Below are positions 18,129 through 27,091 of a stretch of 64,000 bases of DNA, piece by piece. Origin of the DNA: Vicinamibacteria bacterium (GTDB lineage: Bacteria > Acidobacteriota > Vicinamibacteria > Marinacidobacterales > Marinacidobacteraceae); the NCBI GenBank assembly GCA_964291235.2, contig OZ219816.1:768001-832000 (forward strand), written 5' to 3'. Position 1 is the stretch's first letter; every line of letters starts with the position of its first letter. The position numbers and the translations under genes are program-made. The notes under the pieces were generated by a model, which was given only the letters and a program-made list of their open reading frames with translations, ran no database searches and was not told where the DNA came from.

Positions 18129-19316
18129 CTATCGGGTTGCCGGAACGCCCGGCGCCCCGGACTCCGTAGCGCCCCGGGCGCTTCCCCGGCTGATGATTCT
18201 GCGGAAGAGGATGGGGCAGGTAATCGAGGTGGCTGCCGCGATCATCACCGCGATGGCCCGATCCTCGCGGTCCAGGAGTCCGAGTTCCAGACCGACGGTG
18301 GCGACCGCGATGACGATGCTGAGCCGAGCCGACAACAGAAATCCGGTGGCTGCCGCCGCCCGCAGGGAGAAGCCCCAGAACATGAAGAGCAGGGAGGGCA
18401 CGAACTTGACGACAAAGGCCACCCCGATGATGACCCCGGCGCGCGCCAGCACCTCCGGATCGAGCAGCGCCTCCACATCGAAGCGGAGCCCCACGTTGAT
18501 GAAGAAGATGGGAATCAGGAACCCCCAGGAAATCCCCGAGAGTTGGTGCCGGAGGCCCTCGGGCGGATGGAAGAGCAACGCGAAGACGCCCCCCGCGAGG
18601 AAGGCCGCGAGGATCGGCTCCACGTCGAGAACGGTCGAGAGTCCGACAAAGATGAGCAGGAGGGCGAGCGCCCCGCGGATTCCCATCTCATCGGGATCGT
18701 CCTTCCGGAACAGCCGGGACACCCGAAGGGGATGCCACCACAGCACGAGTTTCATCACCCGGAGCAAGAGCACCACCGCGACCAGCAGGAGGGGGCCGTT
18801 GATCAGCTCGATGCCCCACCCGTCGCGCGCCCAGATGGTGATTTCGGCGACGAGCAGCAGGGTCACCAGGTCCGCGATCACCGCGGAGACCAGAATCGCC
18901 TGGCCGAGGCTCTCGGTGGTGATGCCGGCGCTTCTCAGGCTCGGGAGGACGAGCGCCGCGGAGGTGGTGGCGAGCACCGGGGCGTAGAAGACCGGCAACT
19001 CCAGCCAGACGGTGGCCAGAAAAGAAAGGGCGAAGGTGCCGGAGAAGACGATGAGCGCTTGCCCGATCGGCCCGGCTCCGCCTCGTCGAAGGGCGGGGAA
19101 GTCGATTTCGAAGCCGGCGAGGAACATCAGCATGAGGAGCCCGAGTTCGCCGATCTGGTCCAGCAACTCGGTCCCCCCGACCAGCCCGAAAACGGGTCCG
19201 ACCAGCACCCCGAAGAGGATCTCGACGACCACCGCGGGGGCGCGCGCCCAGGAGGCGATCGGGGGAAGCAGAAAGGCGGCGATCCCCACGATCACCAGCG
19301 CGCCGGATCCGTCCAT
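18129..19316 (-). CDS. Cation:proton antiporter (CPA2 family)
   Basis: GELGLLMLMFLAGFEID, ILAAFLAG and FLIPIFFINVGL, with many TM helices. Confidence 0.85.
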   Translation of the reverse strand: MDGSGALVIVGIAAFLLPPIASWARAPAVVVEILFGVLVGPVFGLVGGTELLDQIGELGLLMLMFLAGFEIDFPALRRGGAGPIGQALIVFSGTFALSFLATVWLELPVFYAPVLATTSAALVLPSLRSAGITTESLGQAILVSAVIADLVTLLLVAEITIWARDGWGIELINGPLLLVAVVLLLRVMKLVLWWHPLRVSRLFRKDDPDEMGIRGALALLLIFVGLSTVLDVEPILAAFLAGGVFALLFHPPEGLRHQLSGISWGFLIPIFFINVGLRFDVEALLDPEVLARAGVIIGVAFVVKFVPSLLFMFWGFSLRAAAATGFLLSARLSIVIAVATVGLELGLLDREDRAIAVMIAAATSITCPILFRRIISRGSARGATESGAPGVPATR

Positions 19317-20605
19317 CAGGCCTCCGCCCCGAGCACCGCGGCCACCGCGAGCGCCAGCGCCGCGGTAGCCCGCACCAGCTCCTCCACCGGGCAGTGCTCA
19401 TCCGGCCGGTGGGCCAGTTCCAGGATTCCCGGGCCGTAGGCCACGCAGTCGGGAACTCCGGCGATCCGCGCCACGTGCTTGTGGTCATAGGTGCCGGGGC
19501 TCGCCACTTCCTCGACTTCCGCTCCGAGGGCGTGCCGCACCCCGTAGCGCACCGCTGCGGTGGCCAGCGATCCGGCCGGCGTCTGTACCGGTTCGACCGT
19601 GAGCAGCTCCTCGATCCGGTAGCGCCGGCCCGGTTCCCGGCCAGCACACTCCGCGACTCGGCGGGCCACCTCCTCGCGAACCCCGTCGAGTCCTTCTTCG
19701 GGCAGAAACCGGCGGTCCACCACGAGTTCGGCCCGGTCGGGAACCTGCGGGCTTTCGGTTCCGGCGCCTGCCTGCCCTCCGCGGATGCTGTTCACGTTCA
19801 CGGTCGCGGCCCGCGCCCCCTCGGGAACGACCGGAAGCGAGGTCCGCCGGGCGGCCAGTTCCGGAACCCATCCGGTACGGATGTCTTCGAGGAGCGGTGC
19901 GAGATGGGTAATGGCGTTCCTTCCGAGGAACGGCATGCTGCCGTGGGCGACCTCCCCCTCGGAGACCACCCGGAACCAGTACACCCCGCGGTGTCCCACG
20001 CACACCCGTCCCGACCCGAACGGCTCGGGAATGATCACCGCATCCGTGTCTCCCGCGATGAGGCCGGACTCCGCCAGCCACGCGACGCCGGCGTGCCCAC
20101 CGGTTTCCTCGTCCACGGTCCCCGAGATTTCGAGCGTTCCTCCCAACCGGGCGCCCGCGCGCCGGAGAACTTCCGCCGCGAAGAACGCCGCCGCGATGCC
20201 TCCTTTCATATCGCTTGCACCGCGGCCCCAAACCGCCCCGTTCCGCACCTCCCCTGAAAACGGATCGGTGCTCCAACCGCTGCCTGCCGGGACCACGTCG
20301 AGGTGCCCGTTCAGGTGGATCCGTCGGCGGCCGCTGCCGAGCCGACCGATGACGTTTCGCCGCGGATATGCGGCCGAGCCCGGTGGACAGGCCTTCTCCG
20401 GAGGATCGTGGAAGGCCACTTCGAAACCGGCGGCGGCGAGCCGCTCACCAAGCAGGGCCGCGCATTCCGGATAGCTCTCGCCGGGAGGATTGACGGTGGG
20501 AATCCGGATCAATTCACCGCAAAAGGCGGCGATTTCCTCCCGGGCCGCTTCCGCGTGGCGCAGGATTTTCGCTTTGAGGCCGGAGACGATCGGGTGGAGC
20601 GGCAT
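19316..20605 (-). CDS. ArgE/DapE-family M20 deacylase
   Basis: IPTVNPPGE, LNGHLDVVP, GRGASDMKGG, DEETGG and AHRPDEH. Confidence 0.9.
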   Translation of the reverse strand: MPLHPIVSGLKAKILRHAEAAREEIAAFCGELIRIPTVNPPGESYPECAALLGERLAAAGFEVAFHDPPEKACPPGSAAYPRRNVIGRLGSGRRRIHLNGHLDVVPAGSGWSTDPFSGEVRNGAVWGRGASDMKGGIAAAFFAAEVLRRAGARLGGTLEISGTVDEETGGHAGVAWLAESGLIAGDTDAVIIPEPFGSGRVCVGHRGVYWFRVVSEGEVAHGSMPFLGRNAITHLAPLLEDIRTGWVPELAARRTSLPVVPEGARAATVNVNSIRGGQAGAGTESPQVPDRAELVVDRRFLPEEGLDGVREEVARRVAECAGREPGRRYRIEELLTVEPVQTPAGSLATAAVRYGVRHALGAEVEEVASPGTYDHKHVARIAGVPDCVAYGPGILELAHRPDEHCPVEELVRATAALALAVAAVLGAEA

Positions 20606-20652
20606 CGAAACCGAGGATACCGCCCCGGCCCCGGCCAGCGGTTTGAAGGGAC

Positions 20653-20691
20653 TTGACTTGCGCCCTATGCTTCGATATTATTGGAACTATA
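20653..20691 (+). promoter_or_regulatory. Sigma70 promoter/ArsR operator, copy 1
   Basis: TTGACT-17 bp-TATTAT overlapped by TTCGATATTATTGGAA, the same layout as at 21532. Confidence 0.75.
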
Positions 20692-20940
20692 GAAATGATG
20701 ACTCACCATCCCCCGCGAAACGACTCCGAGACGGCGGGCACGCCTGCCGGCGATCGCCGCCGGCCGGCGCCCAACGGTTCGTTCCATCGCGGAGAGTGGG
20801 AGATGAGGGGACTCGTCGATTGTTGCCGCCAGGGGCCTTCCCGGGTGGTTGCCCAACCGACGACTTTGATGAGCATGGGAAGCCGGGGGCGGATGGGCCG
20901 CCCCTGGCGGCGATGCCTCGAGACCGCCCATCGGCCACCG
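20689..20940 (+). pseudogene. Decayed ArsR paralog (start ATG replaced by ATA, internal deletions)
   Basis: PAPNGSFHRGEWEMRGLVDCCRQGPSRV aligns without gaps to PAPTCSFHLKELKKGGLLSCCRHGRSQI of the intact copies. The 3' end is approximate. Confidence 0.65.
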
Positions 20941-20998
20941 GTTCGCTCGCCGAATCGAGGAACCGGATCACCGCTGCCAGGACGCCCCGAAATAGGGG

Positions 20999-21034
20999 TT
21001 GACTTTGTTCTTTCATTTCAACAATACTGGAAGT
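20999..21034 (+). promoter_or_regulatory. Sigma70 promoter/ArsR operator, copy 2
   Basis: TTGACT-17 bp-CAATAC with TTCAACAATACTGGAA, then ATG GAA. Confidence 0.65.
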
Positions 21035-21484
21035 ATGGAAATGACAGTTGACTATTCCACGAACGAAGCTCTGGAGATGCTCTGCGCACTCTCCCAGGAA
21101 AGTCGCCTCGACATCTTTCGCCTGTTGGTCCAGAGCGGCCCGGAGGGACTTCCTGCCGGCGCGATCGCCAGGCGCTGCAATCTCCCGGCGCCCACCTGCT
21201 CCTTCCACCTGAAGGAACTGAAGAAGGGCGGGCTGCTCAGTTGCTGCCGGCACGGGAGATCCCAGATCTATACGGTCAACGTCCGCGCAATGCGCGGGTT
21301 GGTCGGGTACCTGACGGAGCACTGCTGCGTTGACGAGGACTGCGAGCACGAGATCCCGAACGGATCGGCCCCTTCGCTGGTCGATCGGGACGTAGGTCCG
21401 GAGGCGGATTCGCCGCCTCCGGTGGGGCGGATGGATTCCTCCCCGTTGCCACCTGGAGGCGCCAGCGGTTCGGCGCGCGCCTAA
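21035..21484 (+). CDS. arsR: ArsR/SmtB family regulator with C-terminal Cys-Cys
   Basis: ALSQESRLDIFRLLVQSGPEGLPAGAIA...SFHLKEL...YLTEHCC...C. Confidence 0.9.
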   Translation: MEMTVDYSTNEALEMLCALSQESRLDIFRLLVQSGPEGLPAGAIARRCNLPAPTCSFHLKELKKGGLLSCCRHGRSQIYTVNVRAMRGLVGYLTEHCCVDEDCEHEIPNGSAPSLVDRDVGPEADSPPPVGRMDSSPLPPGGASGSARA

Positions 21485-21531
21485 GAGCCGCACCGAGAGT
21501 TCCCCGGGAGACAGAAACAGCTGCCGGACAG

Positions 21532-21567
21532 TTGACTTTTCTCTATTAGTTCGATATTATTGGAAAT
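21532..21567 (+). promoter_or_regulatory. Sigma70 promoter/ArsR operator, copy 3
   Basis: TTGACT-17 bp-TATTAT-7 bp-ATG, overlapped by TTCGATATTATTGGAA. Confidence 0.75.
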
Positions 21568-21918
21568 ATGGAAACGACAACCCCCGCCGCCACGACGAAT
21601 GCCCTGGAGGTGCTGTGTGCACTCTCCCAGGAAAGCCGGCTCGACATTTTCCGCCTGCTGGTCCAGAGTGGGCCGGGCGGACTTCCCGCCGGGGCGATTG
21701 CCCGGCAGTGCAATCTCCCGGCGCCGACCTGTTCGTTCCACCTGAAGGAGCTGAAGAAGGGCGGGCTGCTCAGTTGCTGCCGGCACGGAAGGTCTCAGAT
21801 CTACACGGTCAACTTCCGGGCGATCCGAGGACTTCTCGGTTACTTGACGGAGCATTGCTGCGTCGAGGACGACTGCGAGCACGAGACACCGAATGGCGCT
21901 GGCCGGACGGGATCGTGA
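21568..21918 (+). CDS. arsR: ArsR/SmtB family regulator, second intact paralog
   Basis: Core nearly identical to 21035-21484. Confidence 0.9.
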   Translation: METTTPAATTNALEVLCALSQESRLDIFRLLVQSGPGGLPAGAIARQCNLPAPTCSFHLKELKKGGLLSCCRHGRSQIYTVNFRAIRGLLGYLTEHCCVEDDCEHETPNGAGRTGS

Positions 21919-22077
21919 GGACGCGGTTGGTTTTGATTTTCGCGACGGGCTCCGCTGGGGGTGGATTCAGTTGGTGGACAAGGGGCCGGGGGCGGATAGG
22001 CCGCTCTCGGCGCGGGTGCGAATGAATGGGGAATGCGAGTTCGGCAAGGCCGAAGATGGACTACTGAAGGTGGAATC

Positions 22078-22407
22078 ATGGAAACAGGAACGTATCGCCA
22101 CGTGGAAGCGCCGACCTCGGGATCGGCCGATGGCTGTTGGATGGACGCGCTGACGGAACCCGGCGGGGCCGGAGTGGCCGGGCCATTCGCCCCGGGCCGT
22201 TCGCCCCGGTCCGTCCGCGCGCACGATTTGAGGAGCGCCGGAGACGCGTCCTGCTGCGGGTACGGCAGTTCCCGGCCTGCCTCTCCCTATTCCCGGCTCT
22301 TGCGTGCCCTGGCGAGGCAGCGCACGCGGCATTGCCGTTGCCTCGCGGGAAACCACCATGCGGGAGCCGTTCATGAGTCTTGGCAGCCGGTGGTGAAGCC
22401 CGGGTGA
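22078..22407 (+). pseudogene. Highly diverged fourth ArsR-like copy
   Basis: Start context tggaatc-ATG GAA AC matches copy 3. SCCGYGSSRPASPYSRLLRALARQRTRHC aligns without gaps to SCCRHGRSQIYTVNFRAIRGLLGYLTEHC. Confidence 0.5.
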
Positions 22408-22420
22408 GCGCCGAGAGCCG
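22384..22420 (+). repeat. Degenerate left end of the CAGCCTGTGG element
   Basis: cagccggtggtgaagcccgggtgagcgccgagag compared with cagcctgtggtgaaacccccgtgagcgccgagag at 58886. Confidence 0.6.
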
Positions 22421-22658
22421 CCAGCCGAGGTGACCCTCCGGACGGCCCACAGGGTGCGAACCGGCGGCGTCCCCGCCGGCAGGGCGGCGGACGGCGGCCT
22501 CGGTCCGGGGGACGCGACATAGAATCGAATCCGTTCTGTTCATTCGCCCAGCCTCGGTCCTCGCGGCGCTCCTCGCCCTCGGGATCGCCGTTCCCAATGG
22601 GGTTTCTTCCGGGACGCCCGAACGCCAGCCGGGTGCTGCGCCTGCGGAGGATCCCGGG

Positions 22659-23654
22659 TTGGTCGCCGTTGGTGGCATCGAAGTCGGCCACCACGAGCTG
22701 GACGGCCTGCCCACCGGCTGCACCGTCGTGCTGGCCCGCGAGGGCGCGGTCGCCGGAGTGGACGTGCGGGGTTCCGCCCCCGGGACCCGGGAGACCGACC
22801 TGCTCGATCCGGAGAACACCGTGGAACGCGTCCACGCGGTGGTGCTTTCCGGCGGCAGCGCCTTCGGGCTGGCGGCGGCCGATGGAACCGTGCGCTATCT
22901 CGAAGAGGCCGGGATCGGTTATCCGGTAGGCCCCTTCCGGGTGCCCATCGTGCCGGCGGCCATCCTCTTCGATCTCGGAGTCCAGGGCCCGGGCGCTGTC
23001 CGTCCGGGTCCCGAGTGCGGCTACCGGGCGGCGGCCGTGGCGGGGATCCACCCCGTCCGCCGGGGCAACGCCGGCGCCGGAGCGGGGGCCACGGTCGGGA
23101 AGAGCCGGGGGTCCGGCCGGGCCATGAAGGGAGGCGTCGGGTCCGCCTCGCTACGCTTTTCCGACGGGCTGGTGGTGGCGGCGCTCATCGTGGTGAACGC
23201 GGTGGGGGACGTGGTGGACCCCGCGAGCGGACGCGTGGTCGCCGGGGTGCGCGGTGACGACGGGAACCTCGCCGACGCCCGGCGGTTGCTCCTCGAGGAG
23301 CCGCCCGGTCCGGCCGGCGCCGCGGCGGACGCCCCCCTCGGCGGTGCGAACACCACGATTGGAGTGGTGGCCGTGAACGCCCCGCTCACCAAGGCGGAAG
23401 CGAACAAGGTGGCCGAGATGGCGCATGACGGTTTGGCGCGCACCATTTACCCGGTCCACACCCCAGCCGATGGGGACACCCTGTTCGCGCTCGCGACCGG
23501 CGTCGGTCCTCAGGCCCGAGTCGGCCGGATCGGAGCGCTTGCCGCCGAGGCGGTGGCGCGGGCGGTGCTGGATGCGGTGCGCTCAGCCGAGTCGCTCCCC
23601 GGGCTGCCAGCGATTCGGGATCTGCCCGAGCCCCCGCTGCCGCGGGAGCGCTAA
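22659..23654 (+). CDS. P1/S58 family peptidase (DmpA-like)
   Basis: TGCTVV, DVRGSAPGTRETDLL, LSGGSAFGL, NTTIGVV and DGDTLF. Confidence 0.9.
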   Translation: MVAVGGIEVGHHELDGLPTGCTVVLAREGAVAGVDVRGSAPGTRETDLLDPENTVERVHAVVLSGGSAFGLAAADGTVRYLEEAGIGYPVGPFRVPIVPAAILFDLGVQGPGAVRPGPECGYRAAAVAGIHPVRRGNAGAGAGATVGKSRGSGRAMKGGVGSASLRFSDGLVVAALIVVNAVGDVVDPASGRVVAGVRGDDGNLADARRLLLEEPPGPAGAAADAPLGGANTTIGVVAVNAPLTKAEANKVAEMAHDGLARTIYPVHTPADGDTLFALATGVGPQARVGRIGALAAEAVARAVLDAVRSAESLPGLPAIRDLPEPPLPRER

Positions 23655-23660
23655 GCGGGC

Positions 23661-25022
23661 GTGTCCCTGCATCTTGTTGTCCTCGCCGCCTATTCCATCC
23701 TGCTGATCGCGGTCGGCTGGCACGTTTCCCGCCGGAGTCGCTCCGCCGAGGGATTCTTTGTGGCTGGCCGCCGGCTGCCGCCGAGGCTGATCTTCGCGAC
23801 GGTGCTGGCCGCCAACATCGGGGCGGGATCCACCATCGGGGCGGCGGCGCTCGGATACGAACACGGGCTGGCGGCGTTTTGGTGGGTGGGAGCCGCCGGC
23901 GTCGGGACCCTGCTCCTGGCGGTCTGGCTGGGGCCCCGGATGTGGCGGGTGTCGACCGACGCCCGTCTCCGCACCGTCGGGGATTTCCTGGAGCTGCGCT
24001 ACGGCGTAGCGGTCCGGATTGCGCTGACCGGGCTGCTCCTGGTGGCCACCCTCTTCGTCCTCGCCGCCCAGTTGCTCGCTGCCGGTGTCCTGATCGAGGG
24101 GGCCGCGGGTATTCCGCTACCGCTCGCCATCCTCGCCTCGGCGCTGGTGATGACGGCCTACTTCGCGGTCGGGGGTCTCCAAAGCGCCGCATCCGTCAAC
24201 TTCATCCAGCTCGGCGTGCTGCTTCTGGGTCTCGGACTCGCGGTGCCATACGCCCTTGCCGCGGCCGGTGGCGTGGACGGGGTCCGGGCGAGCCTGGGGG
24301 AAGGCGCTCTCGACATCTTCTCGAGCGCGTCGCTGGCGTTCGCCTACACCGCGCTGCTGGTGCCGGCCTTCCTGGTCTCTCCCGGCATCCTGCAAAAGCT
24401 GTTCGGGGCACGGGACGAGAGCGCCGTCCGGCGTGGACTCACCGCCGCTGGCGTTGCGCTCCTGCTTTTCGCGGCGGTTCCGCCGCTCCTCGGCGCCGCG
24501 GCGGCGGTCCTCCATCCCGACCTCGCCCGTCCCGATGCCGCCCTTCCGGCGCTGCTGGTGGAGTCGCTCCCCCTGTGGCTCGGTGCCTTCGGGGTGGCGG
24601 CGCTCTTTTCGGCCGAGGTGTCGAGCGCCGACGCGGTGCTCTTCATGCTGTCCACCTCGCTCTCCCGCGACGTTTTTCATCGCTTTTGGCGGCCAGGAGC
24701 CGACGATCGCACCGTCCTTCGGGTAGCACGCGGCGCAGCGGTGGCCTCCGGGTTGGTCGGGGTCGTGATCGCGATCCTGGCCCAGAGCGTGATCGCTTCG
24801 CTCACCGTCTTCTACTCGATCCTGGGCGTGTCCCTCTTCGTGCCGGTGGTGGTCGGCCTCCACCGCCACCGGCCTCCGGCGCGCGCCATCCTGAGCGGCG
24901 CGGCGGTCGGGGTGGCCGTGTTCCTCGTGGCTCCTGCCGGTGGCGCCCTGCCGCCGCCCCTGCTCGGGATTGCCGCCTCCGCGGTGGTGGTGTTCTTGCA
25001 CCTCAGGAAGTCGCGGGCGTGA
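23661..25022 (+). CDS. Sodium:solute symporter
   Basis: FFVAGRRL, AANIGAGST, TVGDFLELRYG and SAEVSSAD. Confidence 0.9.
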   Translation: MSLHLVVLAAYSILLIAVGWHVSRRSRSAEGFFVAGRRLPPRLIFATVLAANIGAGSTIGAAALGYEHGLAAFWWVGAAGVGTLLLAVWLGPRMWRVSTDARLRTVGDFLELRYGVAVRIALTGLLLVATLFVLAAQLLAAGVLIEGAAGIPLPLAILASALVMTAYFAVGGLQSAASVNFIQLGVLLLGLGLAVPYALAAAGGVDGVRASLGEGALDIFSSASLAFAYTALLVPAFLVSPGILQKLFGARDESAVRRGLTAAGVALLLFAAVPPLLGAAAAVLHPDLARPDAALPALLVESLPLWLGAFGVAALFSAEVSSADAVLFMLSTSLSRDVFHRFWRPGADDRTVLRVARGAAVASGLVGVVIAILAQSVIASLTVFYSILGVSLFVPVVVGLHRHRPPARAILSGAAVGVAVFLVAPAGGALPPPLLGIAASAVVVFLHLRKSRA

Positions 25023-26182
25023 CCCATCCGGAACCCGGCGACCCAACCCGGGTTTCGGCCGATCTGGCGGTTGTCGGGGCCGGGCTCGCGGGATTGCAGT
25101 GCGCCCGCCTGGTTGCCGAGGCCGGGTTCTCGGTCTGTCTGCTGGACCGGAAAAAGGACCTGGCGGAGCGTGTCCACACCACCGGGATCTTCGTCCGCAA
25201 ATCGCTCGAGGACTTCGATCTGCCGGCGCGATGCCTCGGTCCGCCGATCCGCACCGTCGCGCTCTATTCGCCGGCCCGGCGCGTGGTCCGGCTCTCGAGT
25301 CCGCGTGACGAATTCCGGGTGGGGCGGATGGGCGCCCTCTACCGGGAGCTGCTCGATCGCTGCCTCGGCGCGGGTGTCCGTTTCCTGTCCGGCACCCGCT
25401 ACCGCGGGTTCCGGCGGGCTGGGCCGGGGCTCGTGGTCCAGGCGGAACGCGAGGGATCCGGCCTTGAGCTCGCAACGTGTTTCCTGGTGGGGGCCGACGG
25501 CGCGAACTCCCAGGTGGGCCGGGATCTCGGGCTGGATTCCAACACCGAGTGGCTGGTGGGCCTGGAGTCGGTCTATGAAGGGGTTCCCTTCTCGGGACCG
25601 GCGACCCTGCACTGCTTTCTGGATCCCCGGATCGCGCCGGGGTACCTGGCGTGGGTGGTTCAGGACGGTGAGGAAACCCACGTGGGCGTGGGGGGCTATC
25701 CGGACCGTTTCAAGCCGCAGAGCGCGTTGGCCGAGTTCACCTCCAGCCTGGACGGTCGCTTCGCCCTAGCTCGGGGGCGGCTCCTCGAACAGCGCGGAGG
25801 CCGGATTCCGGTAGGCGGCGTGCTGCGCCGCATCGGCAGGGACGACGGCCTGTTGGTTGGCGACGCGGCGGGAGCGGTCTCGCCGCTCACGGCCGGCGGT
25901 TTCGACGCCTGCCTGCGTCTCTCGAGGCACGCGGCCGATCTCATCGTGCGGCGCTTCGAGACCGGTGATCCGGGAGTCCTGACGTCCTATTCGGGACGCC
26001 GGCTCCGGGCCCGATTCCTTTCCCGCCGCTGGATGCGCGCGCTGCTCTCGGGAATCCGGAACCCGGTCGCGATGGAGTTGGCCTGCCTGCTCCTCCGGCG
26101 GCCCCCGTTCCGCAATTTCGCGTGGCAGGTTTTCTTCCGGCGCCGCTCCTTTCCGGACGTGGATCCGTCCTCCGGGGCATAA
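25019..26182 (+). CDS. FAD-dependent oxidoreductase, geranylgeranyl-reductase-like
   Basis: GTG overlaps the upstream TGA. VVGAGLAGL, LVGADGANS and LLVGDAAGAVSPLTAGG. Confidence 0.8.
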   Translation: MTHPEPGDPTRVSADLAVVGAGLAGLQCARLVAEAGFSVCLLDRKKDLAERVHTTGIFVRKSLEDFDLPARCLGPPIRTVALYSPARRVVRLSSPRDEFRVGRMGALYRELLDRCLGAGVRFLSGTRYRGFRRAGPGLVVQAEREGSGLELATCFLVGADGANSQVGRDLGLDSNTEWLVGLESVYEGVPFSGPATLHCFLDPRIAPGYLAWVVQDGEETHVGVGGYPDRFKPQSALAEFTSSLDGRFALARGRLLEQRGGRIPVGGVLRRIGRDDGLLVGDAAGAVSPLTAGGFDACLRLSRHAADLIVRRFETGDPGVLTSYSGRRLRARFLSRRWMRALLSGIRNPVAMELACLLLRRPPFRNFAWQVFFRRRSFPDVDPSSGA

Positions 26183-26192
26183 TTCGCGCGCC

Positions 26193-26978
26193 GTGACCGC
26201 GTCTGTCTTTTCGCTCGCCGGAATGGACGTGGTGGTCATCGGCGGGGCTTCCGGGATCGGCGAAGCGAGCGGCCGCCTCGCCGCGGACTGCGGAGCGCGG
26301 GTCGTGGTCGCCGACCGGGACCAGGAAGCCGCCGCCGGGGTCGCGGCCGGGATCGGCGCCGCCGGGGGGACTGCCGTCTCCCGCGAAGTGGATATCCGAT
26401 CCGGTGCGTCGGTCGAGAATCTCTTCCGGGGTCTTGAGTCCGACGGATTCCAGCCGCGCGGACTCGTCTCCACCCCCGGGGTAAACGTCAGAAAGCGCCT
26501 CGCCGACACCAGCGAGGATGAGTTCGAGCGGGTGGTGTCCCTCAATCTGAAGGGAACCTTTTACGCCCTCCGCCACGGAGCGGCGAGCCTCGCCCGCTCC
26601 GGCGGCGGCAGCATCGTGCTGCTCTCCTCGATCCGCTCGCAGGTGGTGGAGCCGGGCCAGGGGGTGTACGCCGCGACCAAGGCGGGCATCGTGCAGCTTG
26701 CCCGCACCGCGGCGGCCGAGTGGGCCCGATCGGGGGTTCGCGTGAATGCCCTCGCTCCGGGGGTGGTGGAGACCCCGCTGACCGCGCCCATCGAGCAGCG
26801 GCCGGACTGGAAGCAGGCCTACACCGACAAGACCCTGCTCGGCCGCTGGGCAAGCGCGGACGAGATGGCCGCGCCGGCCGTGTTCCTGCTCTCCCCGGCG
26901 GCGAGCTACGTCACCGGCTCGGTCCTCTTCGCGGACGGCGGCTGGACCGCGGTTGACGGACGTTTCGACCCGCTCTGA
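26193..26978 (+). CDS. Short-chain dehydrogenase/reductase
   Basis: IGGASGIG, YAATK, GVRVNALAPG and YVTG..LFADGG. Confidence 0.92.
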   Translation: MTASVFSLAGMDVVVIGGASGIGEASGRLAADCGARVVVADRDQEAAAGVAAGIGAAGGTAVSREVDIRSGASVENLFRGLESDGFQPRGLVSTPGVNVRKRLADTSEDEFERVVSLNLKGTFYALRHGAASLARSGGGSIVLLSSIRSQVVEPGQGVYAATKAGIVQLARTAAAEWARSGVRVNALAPGVVETPLTAPIEQRPDWKQAYTDKTLLGRWASADEMAAPAVFLLSPAASYVTGSVLFADGGWTAVDGRFDPL

Positions 26979-27030
26979 GGCGGTCGCCCGGCGGCGTGAA
27001 TGCCGCGTCGGGACTACCTGCCGACGCTGG

Positions 27031-27091
27031 CAGCCTGTGGTGAAACCCCCGTGAGCCCCGAGAGTGGCCGCGGGGGTGTTGCCCCAGGCTG
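27031..27091. mobile_element. 61-bp internally deleted MITE-like element
   Basis: Left end CAGCCTGTGGTGAAACCCCCG, right end CGGGGGTGTTGCCCCAGGCTG, followed by CTAG that contains the addA stop. Confidence 0.7.

Noticed and set aside
23879-25018. 767-aa ORF suggesting a fusion upstream of the flavoprotein
   Set aside because: The first part is an off-frame reading of the SSS gene. The GxGxxG domain starts after GTG 25019.
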